From a virus: DNA of 64,000 nt. The position numbers were made by a program, and so were the translations under genes. Under the pieces are notes generated by a model, which did no database searches, was not told where the DNA came from, and worked only from the letters and a program-made list of their open reading frames with translations. Below, piece after piece: positions 7,312 through 17,850 of the stretch. The DNA lies in the IMG/VR virus record IMGVR_UViG_3300037572_000374, positions 14,506-78,505 of that record. One strand, given 5' to 3'. How positions within the stretch are numbered: the first letter of the stretch is position 1; each line of letters opens with the position of its first letter.

Positions 7312-8070
7312 ATGAAAAAGATAAAAGTATTACCAAGCATAAAGTTAAAGCATCTTGATAGTATATCTCAAGAGACTCCAGAGTATGCTACAATAATGAA
7401 AGAGGAGTTGGGTTTTAAAAATAATTGGTTCAAAAGAAAGTTTCACTTTATAAATAATTTCAAAACAGCTTTCTTGCTTGTTAATGAAATTAGAGGAATT
7501 GATCCAACAGAATTAACTTGGACAGAAGAGTGTCCAATTTTAAAGCCAGACAATATTGACTTCATTACGTTTCAAGCAATGATGGAATTACAAGCATTAT
7601 TAAATGGAGCTAAAGATGTAAAAGATATTACAGATCTAATTGCACAGTCAATTACAATTGCATGCTTCTCAGCTAATCATAAAGAGTTAGATTATGATAG
7701 TGAGGGTGAAGTATTTGAAAAATTTAAAAATAAAATACTTAACTATAAGTATGTCGACATGATGGGTCTTTACAATTGGATTGTAAAGAGTTTGACTCAA
7801 TCGGCAGATGATTGGAATCAAAGATTCTTTTCAGTTGAGGTTAAAGATGTAGATTATGATTTAGCTGGAGGACATAGAATGTTTCAGTTTAATGTAATCA
7901 TGACAATCAAAACAATATGTGAGGACTTCAATCTTCCATTTAAAGAAGCATGGCAGTTGAGTTATAATCTAGTACAGACAAACTCATATGCAAAAGCAAC
8001 ACAAGCACACATCCAAGATCAAATGAGAATTTTGAAAGAAGGAAAGATGAATGCTAAAAGAGGAAACTAA
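7312..8070 (+). CDS. Putative tail assembly chaperone-like protein
   Basis: Position and helical C-terminus only; function weakly supported. Confidence 0.35.
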   Translation: MKKIKVLPSIKLKHLDSISQETPEYATIMKEELGFKNNWFKRKFHFINNFKTAFLLVNEIRGIDPTELTWTEECPILKPDNIDFITFQAMMELQALLNGAKDVKDITDLIAQSITIACFSANHKELDYDSEGEVFEKFKNKILNYKYVDMMGLYNWIVKSLTQSADDWNQRFFSVEVKDVDYDLAGGHRMFQFNVIMTIKTICEDFNLPFKEAWQLSYNLVQTNSYAKATQAHIQDQMRILKEGKMNAKRGN

Positions 8071-8178
8071 ATTGGCAAGCAATATTACAGTCAGAAATAT
8101 ATTTCGCAAGTTATAAATTGGAGATATACGTCACGGACGAATTGGCTACTTGCTTGCTTTAATTTAAAAATAAACATC

Positions 8179-8631
8179 ATGGATGATAAGAAAAAAAAGA
8201 AAACTAGAATAGGTAGATTTTTACAATCGATCAATTTTAAGAAGGCTGCTGGTGTAGTTGGTAACTTGGTTACCGGAGACATTAAGGGAGCTTTGGATAT
8301 CATATCTGACAAGGATAATGGAATGACTGATGCTGAAAGAGATTTTGCATTAACAGTTATGAAATTAGATATCCAAGAAATGGAATCAGTTACTCAGAGA
8401 TGGGATTCAGATATGAAGTCTGATTCTTGGTTGAGTAAGAATGTAAGACCTATGAGTTTAGTTTTTCTAACAATATCAACTATGGTATTAATATATTTAG
8501 ATTTCTATCATGGAGTTGAATTAGATGTACCAGGAGAGTGGATTGAGTTACTCAAGTCATTATTGTTAGGAGTATACATTGCATACTTTGGTTCAAGAGG
8601 AGTTGAAAAATATAAATCAATAAGTAAATAA
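8179..8631 (+). CDS. Holin-like membrane protein (GTA 3TM holin-like)
   Basis: RWDSDMKSDSWLSKNVRP motif, TM segments, AYFGSRGVEK. Confidence 0.6.
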   Translation: MDDKKKKKTRIGRFLQSINFKKAAGVVGNLVTGDIKGALDIISDKDNGMTDAERDFALTVMKLDIQEMESVTQRWDSDMKSDSWLSKNVRPMSLVFLTISTMVLIYLDFYHGVELDVPGEWIELLKSLLLGVYIAYFGSRGVEKYKSISK

Positions 8632-8637
8632 AAAAAT

Positions 8638-9087
8638 ATGATAGCAGATATAACAATTGCTGCACAAGCAGTAGGAATTACTGCTGTTGTAACAAACAGT
8701 AGAGAAAAAATTGAAACTCAATTAAATCGAATTACTGGAATTGAAAATTTACCTTTAATGTTGGTCTCTTGGGATATGGAGTCAACTATTGCGTTTGATG
8801 ACAATGGCTTCCTAACTAACCCAGTTACAAATGTAGTTGCTTTATTAATGGATAAAGCAGAAGACACATCGAAAGATGAAGCAGAGGCAACAGCTGAAGC
8901 AATGGGATTATTATATCAAAGATTTTTAATTGAATTAAGAAAGCAATTGATACAATATCAAAAAGTGCAGGGTGCAGATATTCTTTCAGAGATATCTTAT
9001 ACCTTAGTGCCAAAGCATGGGCTTGGAAAGCATTCAGGGATCCTTGGAAGATTTACAATGCAATCTCAGATTGTAGATAACTGTTAA
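8638..9087 (+). CDS. Putative tail completion/terminator protein
   Basis: Size and position. Confidence 0.35.
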   Translation: MIADITIAAQAVGITAVVTNSREKIETQLNRITGIENLPLMLVSWDMESTIAFDDNGFLTNPVTNVVALLMDKAEDTSKDEAEATAEAMGLLYQRFLIELRKQLIQYQKVQGADILSEISYTLVPKHGLGKHSGILGRFTMQSQIVDNC

Positions 9088-9099
9088 AATTAAAAAGAT

Positions 9100-9543
9100 A
9101 TGAGTTTTGTTTCAATAGCAAAAGATTTCTTATTACTTGTGAAGGGAGAATTGGATCCTTACACAACACAGAAATCTGAAATTAAGGTGGCAAACTTTTT
9201 ATCAGTTTCAATCTTTACACCAGCACACGTACAATTTGCTGCTTATGGAAGAGGACCAGGAAAACAACCACCACTGGATCCATTAATTGAATGGGTTAGA
9301 AAAAAGGGAATTGTTACTGGAGAAAAGAATATTAGAGGTGCTGCATTTGCAATAGCCAAAAGTATTGGAAAGAAAGGAACAAAGAATTATGTATCCAATG
9401 CTCCCAATGTAATAGAGGAAGCATTAGAAAAGCATTTGCACTTCTATGCAAATAAGCTGAATGACAATCACATAAAGAAAACTATAGAAAAACTTGATAG
9501 TAAGTATAAGAGTGATCTTAAACAAATCAAAGTTAGTTTATAA
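9100..9543 (+). CDS. Putative neck/tail completion protein (HK97 gp10-like)
   Basis: GRGPGKQPP..LIEWV..KG..AFAIAKSIGKKGT motif typical of neck proteins. Confidence 0.55.
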   Translation: MSFVSIAKDFLLLVKGELDPYTTQKSEIKVANFLSVSIFTPAHVQFAAYGRGPGKQPPLDPLIEWVRKKGIVTGEKNIRGAAFAIAKSIGKKGTKNYVSNAPNVIEEALEKHLHFYANKLNDNHIKKTIEKLDSKYKSDLKQIKVSL

Positions 9544-9614
9544 AAAATAGCTAGTTGTAAATTAGAATTTACCCAGTCGAAGCAAAATCGAAATTAGCAA
9601 CAAAAAATAAAAAT

Positions 9615-9782
9615 ATGAAATCAGAAGGATTAGGAGATTCAATAGAGAAGTTCACTAAGGCTACTGGTATCAAAAAAGCAGTAGAAATGGTCTTGGGGAA
9701 AGATTGTGGATGTGAAGAAAGAAAAGAAATTTTGAATAAGAAGTTTCCATATAGAAATAAAAACGGAAACATAAAAAGATAG
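9615..9782 (+). CDS. Small conserved-type phage protein (GLGD...DCGCEERKE)
   Basis: Translated by hand, 55 aa, missed by the ORF track. Confidence 0.65.
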   Translation: MKSEGLGDSIEKFTKATGIKKAVEMVLGKDCGCEERKEILNKKFPYRNKNGNIKR

Positions 9783-9814
9783 GCTTAGGCCATGAATTTA
9801 AAAACAAAATAAAC

Positions 9815-10822
9815 ATGGCATTAACTATACAGACTGAAATCTTAGGTCAAGAGGCTACAAGTGCAAATACTTATTGTTACTTATATGAGCCTTTAAGAGT
9901 TGTAATTACTGAAAGTGATGCAACAGCAACAAAAATATTTATTGAATTAGAAATTTTAGAAACTTCTAATCACACTACTGTGGTTGAGAATTTAGTTAAC
10001 TATGGAGAGTATGATATTAATTCAGGACAATCTCTTTCTGTAGATTTAATGAAACTAGCTCAACAGCATCATGATGCAAGAGTATATAAATATTCTACAG
10101 TTAGTGAAATTACAGACAATACAATTGGATGGCACTCTGTGGTATCTAGATATGTATATAAGTTTAAAATAACTTCAGATATTACTACTACAGCAACCAA
10201 TGTTTTAAAGCAGCCAATTATTGGTGGAAGAGCTTTTCCAGACTTTGTAGCTACAGTAGATTCAACTCAAGATTTAACTGAGGGATATATAGAGAATGTT
10301 GATATGGTTGGTAGGTTTAAACTATTCCCATCATTCGCATGCTCTCTAGTTTCTCCAACACTTCAAGATTCAAGTCCAAGTATAACTTCTTTCACCTCTG
10401 GTGTAGGAGCTGATGTATGTGGAGGTTTTCTAATTTGGAAAAGTAGATTTGGAGGATGGATGTCTTGGGGATTCAAGCTGAAGGTAGAAACTCAAGCAAG
10501 ACAATACTCAGGAAACATTGAGGGTGGAATGTTTGATTCAACCTTAGATGTGGGAGGTAATCCTTACATAGGAGTTGACTATACTGGAATTACTACATCT
10601 TATGGAGTAAAGTTAAAAGAACTCAATTTAACGAGCGAAGAATTAAGAGCAGTGGCAGGCTTACAAGCCTCACCAGCTGTTTATTATATGAAAACTGCTA
10701 CAAGTTCATTAGAACTTATGAGAGTGTCTTCAGTTAGTGCACCAATAGATAACAAAGCTAATGGTGGAGACTTTTCTGTAACACTAAAAAGCATTTCTCA
10801 GTCATCACAAAAGACAAGATAA
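9815..10822 (+). CDS. Putative tail/baseplate structural protein
   Basis: Beta-rich, WKSRFGGW motif, position. Confidence 0.5.
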   Translation: MALTIQTEILGQEATSANTYCYLYEPLRVVITESDATATKIFIELEILETSNHTTVVENLVNYGEYDINSGQSLSVDLMKLAQQHHDARVYKYSTVSEITDNTIGWHSVVSRYVYKFKITSDITTTATNVLKQPIIGGRAFPDFVATVDSTQDLTEGYIENVDMVGRFKLFPSFACSLVSPTLQDSSPSITSFTSGVGADVCGGFLIWKSRFGGWMSWGFKLKVETQARQYSGNIEGGMFDSTLDVGGNPYIGVDYTGITTSYGVKLKELNLTSEELRAVAGLQASPAVYYMKTATSSLELMRVSSVSAPIDNKANGGDFSVTLKSISQSSQKTR

Positions 10823-10825
10823 AGA

Positions 10826-13657
10826 ATGGGAACGAGAATTGAAATATATAAAAATGAAGAGTGGCAAGCTCTTCAGCTGTCTAACAAGACTGCTATAAAG
10901 TACAATGCTGTTATAAACAAAATTGGAAAAGTTGCATCAAGGGAGATTAGTCACACCAATACTTTCGATCTCCCACCAACACATCAAAATATAAAGACAT
11001 TAGGATTGAACGTTTTCAATCCTTCTGATCTTGCAAAAGCAATGAATGCAAAATATGTCGCAAGATATTATGTAGAAGATAAACTTCTACAAAAAGGATT
11101 CATTGTAATTAATAATACAAATGGTGGATCAATTAAAGTAAATTTAATTGACGAAGCCTTAGATTTAACAACCAAGTGGGGATCAATGTCTTATCAAGAC
11201 TTACTAATGAGTGAGTCAATAGATATCCCAGCCGATTATGTAACAGCCATTGATGAGTTGAAAGCATACGACATGGACAAGACAGATGTGTTAGATCTAT
11301 TAAGTGAAGTAGGAACAAGAGGATATAATTTATGTTTGTTCCCTCACAACTTAAACATCATTGGAGATGATTTTCAAATCGACGACAATGGAGTAAGAGT
11401 TGACAATGCATTTAATCCATATCAGTCAAGACCAATTTTTAGTGCAAAGGCATTGTTTGATCTTGCAACTGAATCGTTTGGATATACTCCAACGTATGAT
11501 GACACAATAGATTGGGATGTAGTCGATAAGACTTTCATCGTCAATAATGGATTAGAGAAAAATGCAAAAGGAGAAAATGGAATACAGACTAAGGTTGGAG
11601 CTAACATAGCATTCAATGGACCTTACAATGTAGACTATGCAGGAGCTGAATCAAACTTCCATAGTGGATATACATTATTCAATTACCCATCAACAAGTTC
11701 ATTGAAACCAAATGACGTTGCAGGTTGGGTCAATCCAACATCGTTGGTATATTACAATTACTTTTTCGATGTTCCAAATTTGGATCCATGGATGAGTGAG
11801 AATTCAATATATGTACCAGATGTTGCAGCAGGAAATGTTGGAACAATAACTATGAGGGGTGTTTATGGAGAATCAGTTGGTACTGAGAATCAAATCGTTC
11901 ATATGATTTGGAAGAATGCCACTCCTGGAGGAAATATAATTACAAGTGAATCTACTACAATAGATGTTACACCAATGGCTTCAAATGCCATAGAGGTAGT
12001 TATAAATAAAACGTTATTTGATACTGTGCCAGCTGGAGCAGATTCTTTAATTGGAATCATGTTTTCATATGGAAGAAGTCAATTACAAGTTGGTCTGTCT
12101 CAGATTAGAAACATGACTGTAACTGAAACGTTTTTACCAGAAGGTGTAGTTGCTTTTGATGAGCAAGGACAATACTTACCTGATGAAGTAGATCTTAGAT
12201 ATGCAGCACCAAGTAAAAGTATTAAAGACATACTATCTGGTGTGATGCATAAAGAAGGAATCTTGATGAATGTCAATTCGTTTGACAAAACAATTAAGTT
12301 CTTTGCTTATGGAGAATATCAAACGCAAAAAGAAAGTGGAAACTATTATGACTGGTCAGATTATTTGATTAGAGACGGATCCTTTTTACACAATACAGAT
12401 TATGGAAAGAGTTTTGGTAGATCAAATGTCATAGGACTATCTTCTCCATATCCAGGAAATACATTTATCTACTCCTTAGAAAATCAAGGAGAGGATTCTA
12501 AATATAAAGAATCTGTAAATAATTTTGTATCTCAATTTAGTGATATAATAAATGTTCAAGAAATAAATAATTCACTAGTACCTTATTTTGAATACGAACA
12601 CAAGGGATTTGGATTGGTAGAACAAGAAGGAACTTTGGGTACATTAAGTCAACAAAGATTTAATGGAGTAACTCAAGGAAGTTTAGTAGGATTACCCAAG
12701 CTAGCAAATGTCAACTATGCAATACTTCCAAGTGGAGTTAGGCAGTGGTATGATCTTGTTGATAAGGCTGTTAGGGTGAATGCTAAATTTCTTCTACCAG
12801 TTGATGTTGTAAAGAACATTGATCTAAGTCAACCAGTATATGTTGAAGAATTAGGAGGGTTTTATATTATAGAGGAGATTGCAGAATATGTAAATGGTCA
12901 GCAACAAGTAACTGTTAAGTTGATAAAACTTATAGATAACTTGTTAGGAGATTATGATACTGGAGGAGCAATTGATATAGCTGCTGGAGTAACATTAGTT
13001 TCAACAGCTTATGCACCCAACAATCTTGTTGGACCATTTAATTATGGAGTGTACAATGTTGTGAATTTTGCAAACTATACTCCAATATCAGCAGAAATAT
13101 CTTATCAAAAGTTAACTGATAATATCGATAATGGAGGAGTAGCTACTGGCTCTCCATCTGTTGTAGACTTTACAGCTAATTTAGGATCACCTTATACAAA
13201 CATCAATATAAATCTTGCGGCATCAATACCAATTACAGCTGCAGAGGAAGGATGGTATGAAATTCAGGTGAGTGCTGATAATGCAGCAAGTGAAGCATTA
13301 TCTTCAAATATAGAATATGCTTATTTAGGTGATTCGTCGCCACCACCAGCTCCAAGTGTGAGTGTGTATGTGGATTTATTCCCTACAATTACACCAGCAA
13401 GTGGATCTGAGTATATGGTCTTTTCATACGATAATCATACAGCTCTACCAACAAGTTCAGTACTTACTTGGCAGAAGTGGGGTTATTTAACACAAGTTCC
13501 TTTAGGAATAGAAAGAACAACTACATTCCCAACGAATGTAAGTTCTGGAACACAGTTAGTAGACTTTATAGATGGAGCAGGGTTTTACCATGTAACTTTA
13601 ACAACCAATGAAGGAGAATCTGAAGAATTATTCATAGGAGGACATTTCATAACTTAA
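10826..13657 (+). CDS. Large tail tip/baseplate hub protein
   Basis: 943 aa; N-terminal SHTNTFDLPPT..N motif of Bacteroidota phage tail proteins; next to tape measure. Confidence 0.55.
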   Translation: MGTRIEIYKNEEWQALQLSNKTAIKYNAVINKIGKVASREISHTNTFDLPPTHQNIKTLGLNVFNPSDLAKAMNAKYVARYYVEDKLLQKGFIVINNTNGGSIKVNLIDEALDLTTKWGSMSYQDLLMSESIDIPADYVTAIDELKAYDMDKTDVLDLLSEVGTRGYNLCLFPHNLNIIGDDFQIDDNGVRVDNAFNPYQSRPIFSAKALFDLATESFGYTPTYDDTIDWDVVDKTFIVNNGLEKNAKGENGIQTKVGANIAFNGPYNVDYAGAESNFHSGYTLFNYPSTSSLKPNDVAGWVNPTSLVYYNYFFDVPNLDPWMSENSIYVPDVAAGNVGTITMRGVYGESVGTENQIVHMIWKNATPGGNIITSESTTIDVTPMASNAIEVVINKTLFDTVPAGADSLIGIMFSYGRSQLQVGLSQIRNMTVTETFLPEGVVAFDEQGQYLPDEVDLRYAAPSKSIKDILSGVMHKEGILMNVNSFDKTIKFFAYGEYQTQKESGNYYDWSDYLIRDGSFLHNTDYGKSFGRSNVIGLSSPYPGNTFIYSLENQGEDSKYKESVNNFVSQFSDIINVQEINNSLVPYFEYEHKGFGLVEQEGTLGTLSQQRFNGVTQGSLVGLPKLANVNYAILPSGVRQWYDLVDKAVRVNAKFLLPVDVVKNIDLSQPVYVEELGGFYIIEEIAEYVNGQQQVTVKLIKLIDNLLGDYDTGGAIDIAAGVTLVSTAYAPNNLVGPFNYGVYNVVNFANYTPISAEISYQKLTDNIDNGGVATGSPSVVDFTANLGSPYTNININLAASIPITAAEEGWYEIQVSADNAASEALSSNIEYAYLGDSSPPPAPSVSVYVDLFPTITPASGSEYMVFSYDNHTALPTSSVLTWQKWGYLTQVPLGIERTTTFPTNVSSGTQLVDFIDGAGFYHVTLTTNEGESEELFIGGHFIT

Positions 13658-13667
13658 AAAAAATGAC

Positions 13668-16319
13668 ATGGCAATAAATAAAAAGAACAGTATTCGTACT
13701 GACATATCAATCAACTCAAGTGGTGCTCAAGCAAGCATCACTAAGTTGTTTGATAAAATAAAGAGAGGACAATCGGACGTTTCGAAAGGAACGAAGAAAG
13801 CCACAACTGGCTTAGGAAAGATGGGATCCACAGCTGCCACTGCCGGAAAAAAGGGTGGTGCTGGAATGGGATTCTTATCAAAAGGATTGAAAGGAGCTAA
13901 GGCAGCAGTATTGTCTATGATCCCAGCATTGGGAGGATTGACTACAGCATTTGCAGCTACTGGAATTGGTGCAATTGTTATTGCAGCAGTAGCTTTAGGA
14001 GCAGCATTTATTGGTGCCATTAAAACTGGAGCAAAGTTTGGAAAAGCACTTAGTGCCTTAAAGGGTATCTCTGGTGCAACAAACGAAGAGATGTCAGCTT
14101 TGTCGACTCAGGCAAAAAACTTAGGAGCTAGTACTGCTTTTACAGCATCTGAAGTAGTTAAGCTACAAACAGAATTGGCAAAATTAGGTTTTGAGGCAGG
14201 GCAAATTCAACAAGCTACACCATCAATCTTAGACTTAGCAGCTTCTTTGGAAGTAGATTTAGCATCAGCAGCAGAATTCGCTGGATCGGTAGTTAGATCG
14301 TTTGGACTTGATGCATCAGAAACTCAAAGAGTAGTTGATGTAATGGCAGCATCTGCAACTGGATCTGCTCAATCATTTGGTTCATTAGTTGAGTCATTTA
14401 AACTAGCAGCACCAACAGCAAGAGCTTTGGGTGTGTCTGTAGAAGAGACTGGAGCACTATTAGGAGCATTAGCAAATAATGGTTTAAAGGGATCTATTGC
14501 AGGTACTGGTTTATCTAAAGTATTCATACAGTTAGCAAAAGAAGGATTAACTCTAGATCAAGGTTTAGATAAAGTAAGAAACTCTTCTGACAAACTAAAC
14601 ACAGCTATTGATTTAGTAGGTGTGATTGGATCCAAGTCATTATTGACATTGGCAGAATCAGGAGATGATATAGATCGACTGACTGGACAATTATTAGCAG
14701 CAGAAGGAGCTGCACAAGCATTAGCAGAAACAAAGTTAGACAACCTTAGTGGAGACGTAACTAAATTAGGATCTGCATGGGAAGGATTTATCTTAGGTAT
14801 CGAAGATGGAAGTGGAGCATTGAATTCACTTGCAAGAGGAGCAATTCAACTTCTAACTGGAGCGATTACTGGAATGACAGACCTATTTTTCTATTTAGGA
14901 TTTGCATGGGACGATGGATGGAATCAAATAAAGCTAAGAGCTGAGGGTGGAGCTAAATATATTTCAGGACAGTTTAGTCTTTTAGGAGGAGCTATTAAGC
15001 TATTTGCAAATGAGGCAATGTTAATGCTTTCTAAAATTCCTATCATAGGAGAAGCTATTGATGAATCAGCAGTAAGAGCTAATATCGATGCAGCCAAAGA
15101 ACAATTAATATCTGCAGCAGCACAAATTAGGCAAGCTCAAGCTAAACTTGATAAGGCGAATCTTAATGATGCAACCTTTATGGCTCGACTTATCGAAGCT
15201 AAAAAAGGTGAAGCAATAGCAATTCAAAAGGCTCAAGATCAAAAGGCAGCTGATAAAAAGATTGAGGAAGATCAAGAAGCCTTAATTAAGAGACAGGAAA
15301 AAGATGCTAAAACTTTAGCAGGTATTAAGGAGAAGATAGCAAAGCAAACTGCAGATCAAGAAGCAGTGACTGATGAAGAAAAGTTAGCACTGAAGAGAGA
15401 AAGACAGTTAGCAGAGCTAGATGATCTTTATATTTCGGCAGCAGAAAAGCAAGCAGTAGAGAAAGAGATAAACGATCTTTATGATGCTAAGAAGGCTGAA
15501 TTAGACGAAAAGAAAAAAGTCGAAAAGGAGGAAAAAGAAGCAGCAGCTGAAGCCTTACGTTTGGAAAAGCAATTAGAATTAGATGCTTTAGAATTAGAAA
15601 GATTATTACAGAACGATCAATTAACTTATGATGAGAGAGAGAGGCTACAATTAGATTATCTCGAAAAGAAAAGGTTACATGAAGTAAGTAATGAAAAGCT
15701 AACTAAGGAGCAAATTGAATTAATTGACAAGAAGGCTGAAAAAGCCAAGAAGAAAGTACAAGATGCAGAAGCAAAAGCTTCTAAGGATCTTCAAGATAAA
15801 GTAGTGAATGATGCTCTGAATGGAGCAGCTGAAGCATTTGGTATTGCACAAGAAGTTGCAGTAGCTAAAATGATTATGGCAGCACCTGAAGCAATTTCGG
15901 GATCATTTAAGAATGCAGCAATGGCATATGCACCACCAATGTCTCAGATAATGGGAGCGCTGGGAGCAGCTGGAGTTGTTGCACCAATAATAAAAGGACT
16001 AGGAGATATAAAGAAGGCTAGATTTGGAAAGAAAGGAAAATCATCAGGTGGTGGTGGTGGAGGTGGAAACATCTCAATGCCACAAGTTGGTGGAGGAGGA
16101 GACATGGCTGGAATAGCATCAAGTGCAATTTCAGATATAGCAGCAAATAATGCAGCTAGAGTAGGAGTAGATCCAAGTATTGGAGGAGCAGCTGGAGCAT
16201 CAGCAGCCAACAATGTAATGGGTGGTAGCTCAAACAATGTTACTTTCTCAGAAGGACAATATTCTGACTTCACAAATCAAATAGCATTCAGAGAATCGTT
16301 AACATCAATAGGAGGATAA
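13668..16319 (+). CDS. Tail tape measure protein
   Basis: TP901-type core (LGASTAFTASEV..LAKLGF; DNLSGDVTKLGSAWEG), Ala/Gly-rich, coiled coil. Confidence 0.9.
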   Translation: MAINKKNSIRTDISINSSGAQASITKLFDKIKRGQSDVSKGTKKATTGLGKMGSTAATAGKKGGAGMGFLSKGLKGAKAAVLSMIPALGGLTTAFAATGIGAIVIAAVALGAAFIGAIKTGAKFGKALSALKGISGATNEEMSALSTQAKNLGASTAFTASEVVKLQTELAKLGFEAGQIQQATPSILDLAASLEVDLASAAEFAGSVVRSFGLDASETQRVVDVMAASATGSAQSFGSLVESFKLAAPTARALGVSVEETGALLGALANNGLKGSIAGTGLSKVFIQLAKEGLTLDQGLDKVRNSSDKLNTAIDLVGVIGSKSLLTLAESGDDIDRLTGQLLAAEGAAQALAETKLDNLSGDVTKLGSAWEGFILGIEDGSGALNSLARGAIQLLTGAITGMTDLFFYLGFAWDDGWNQIKLRAEGGAKYISGQFSLLGGAIKLFANEAMLMLSKIPIIGEAIDESAVRANIDAAKEQLISAAAQIRQAQAKLDKANLNDATFMARLIEAKKGEAIAIQKAQDQKAADKKIEEDQEALIKRQEKDAKTLAGIKEKIAKQTADQEAVTDEEKLALKRERQLAELDDLYISAAEKQAVEKEINDLYDAKKAELDEKKKVEKEEKEAAAEALRLEKQLELDALELERLLQNDQLTYDERERLQLDYLEKKRLHEVSNEKLTKEQIELIDKKAEKAKKKVQDAEAKASKDLQDKVVNDALNGAAEAFGIAQEVAVAKMIMAAPEAISGSFKNAAMAYAPPMSQIMGALGAAGVVAPIIKGLGDIKKARFGKKGKSSGGGGGGGNISMPQVGGGGDMAGIASSAISDIAANNAARVGVDPSIGGAAGASAANNVMGGSSNNVTFSEGQYSDFTNQIAFRESLTSIGG

Positions 16320-16321
16320 TC

Positions 16322-17761
16322 ATGGATAAAGAAACAAAGCAAGTAATTAAAAATGCAGGTGGAGAAATTATCAAAGTCATAAAGATGCATGGTGAAGTTT
16401 TAGATGAGGTTACATTAGCTGATCTTAAAGGACAGACTGGAAAAGTTAGTAATTTTGATACACTTGTTGTAGAGATTGCTAGTCCAGGTGGTTCAGTATC
16501 TGAAGGTTTAGATATCATGGTATGGCTAGATAAGCTATCCCAAGAGGGAAAACAAATTGTAACAGTAGTAACTGCAAACAGTTACTCTATTGCATCATTG
16601 ATAATGTTAGTGGCTGATATAAAATTAATCAGCACACATGGAAAAGTAATGGTCCATAACCCGATGGTTCCATTGTTAGAATATGTGAATGCTAACGACT
16701 TACAACAATATATAGATAACTTGAGGCAACTTGAGAATACGATGTATGAATTGTATGAATTTTTTACAGGGTTAAAACAAGAGCAGATCAAAATGCTTAT
16801 GGATAAAGAGAGTTATCTAACACCACAAGAAGCAGTTGACTTAGGTTTTGCTGACATGGTGGTGGATATCAAACCAAAGTCATATGAAATGACTGCAAAT
16901 AATAAAAAACCAATAAATATGTCTAAGACACTAAACATCCTAAACAAAGTGATAGGAATGGTAAACAAGTCTGAGTTCATTAATCAAATTTATTCTGACC
17001 TCGAAGGAGGTGAGGTTGAGATCTTTCAAAGTGATGCTGCAACGTATCAAGTTGGAGATAGAACTTCAATGGAAGAAGGAGAAGTTGTTTTATCTGATGG
17101 TAGTAAATTAACTATCGTTGAGGGTAAAATTTCTGAGATTAGTAGATCAGCAGAAGGTGAAGTAGCTCCAGAAGCTGCTGAATTCAACGAAGGTGAAGCA
17201 CCTAAAGAAATCCTAACAGAGGAAATGGTAGAAGAAGAGGCTCCAGCAATGGAACAAGCTGACGAGATCATGGCTGAGGATGAAGTTATCGAAGAAGCAG
17301 CTCCTGCTGTAGAAGAGGTAGTTGAGGCTGCACCTAAATCAATCATCGAAACCAAAAAAGAAACTGTATCGACTAAAGAAATCATCAACGAAGAGGTTGA
17401 GATGAAAGAAGAAGAAATGGTAGCTGAAGAGGTTGAAATGAAAGAAGAAGAAATGATTGAGGAAGAAATGGCTCAAGATGGTTCTGAAGAAGCTCTAGAA
17501 GTAACTGAAGATCATATGGCTGACATGCATGCTACAATCGAAGCTTTGGAATCTAGAATTGCACAACTTGAAGATATGATCTTAGGTTATGATTCTAAAT
17601 TTGAAGCACTTTCTAAATTCGAAAACATTGCAACTGAAGCTATTGATACTTTAGCATCTAACACTGTTTCAAACTTTAAACCAGAAGCTAGAGTAGCAAC
17701 TACTCCAGTGAAGTCTAAAGGAAGTATATTTTCACAATTAAAAACAAAAAGAGGACTTTAA
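16322..17761 (+). CDS. ClpP-like head maturation protease fused to acidic scaffold
   Basis: IASPGGSV, YSIAS (Ser) and MVHNP (His); Glu-rich C-terminus; precedes capsid gene. Confidence 0.8.
   Translation: MDKETKQVIKNAGGEIIKVIKMHGEVLDEVTLADLKGQTGKVSNFDTLVVEIASPGGSVSEGLDIMVWLDKLSQEGKQIVTVVTANSYSIASLIMLVADIKLISTHGKVMVHNPMVPLLEYVNANDLQQYIDNLRQLENTMYELYEFFTGLKQEQIKMLMDKESYLTPQEAVDLGFADMVVDIKPKSYEMTANNKKPINMSKTLNILNKVIGMVNKSEFINQIYSDLEGGEVEIFQSDAATYQVGDRTSMEEGEVVLSDGSKLTIVEGKISEISRSAEGEVAPEAAEFNEGEAPKEILTEEMVEEEAPAMEQADEIMAEDEVIEEAAPAVEEVVEAAPKSIIETKKETVSTKEIINEEVEMKEEEMVAEEVEMKEEEMIEEEMAQDGSEEALEVTEDHMADMHATIEALESRIAQLEDMILGYDSKFEALSKFENIATEAIDTLASNTVSNFKPEARVATTPVKSKGSIFSQLKTKRGL
17390..17461 (+). 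repeat. 36-nt tandem duplication in scaffold region
   Basis: EEVEMKEEEMVA/EEVEMKEEEMIE. Confidence 0.7.
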
Positions 17762-17850
17762 TTAGATCCGATTAAAACCGGATCTCCTGATCCAAAATAA
17801 ACAATCGAGTAAAAGATTACTCAAAAATTTAATATTAAAAATAAAATAAA

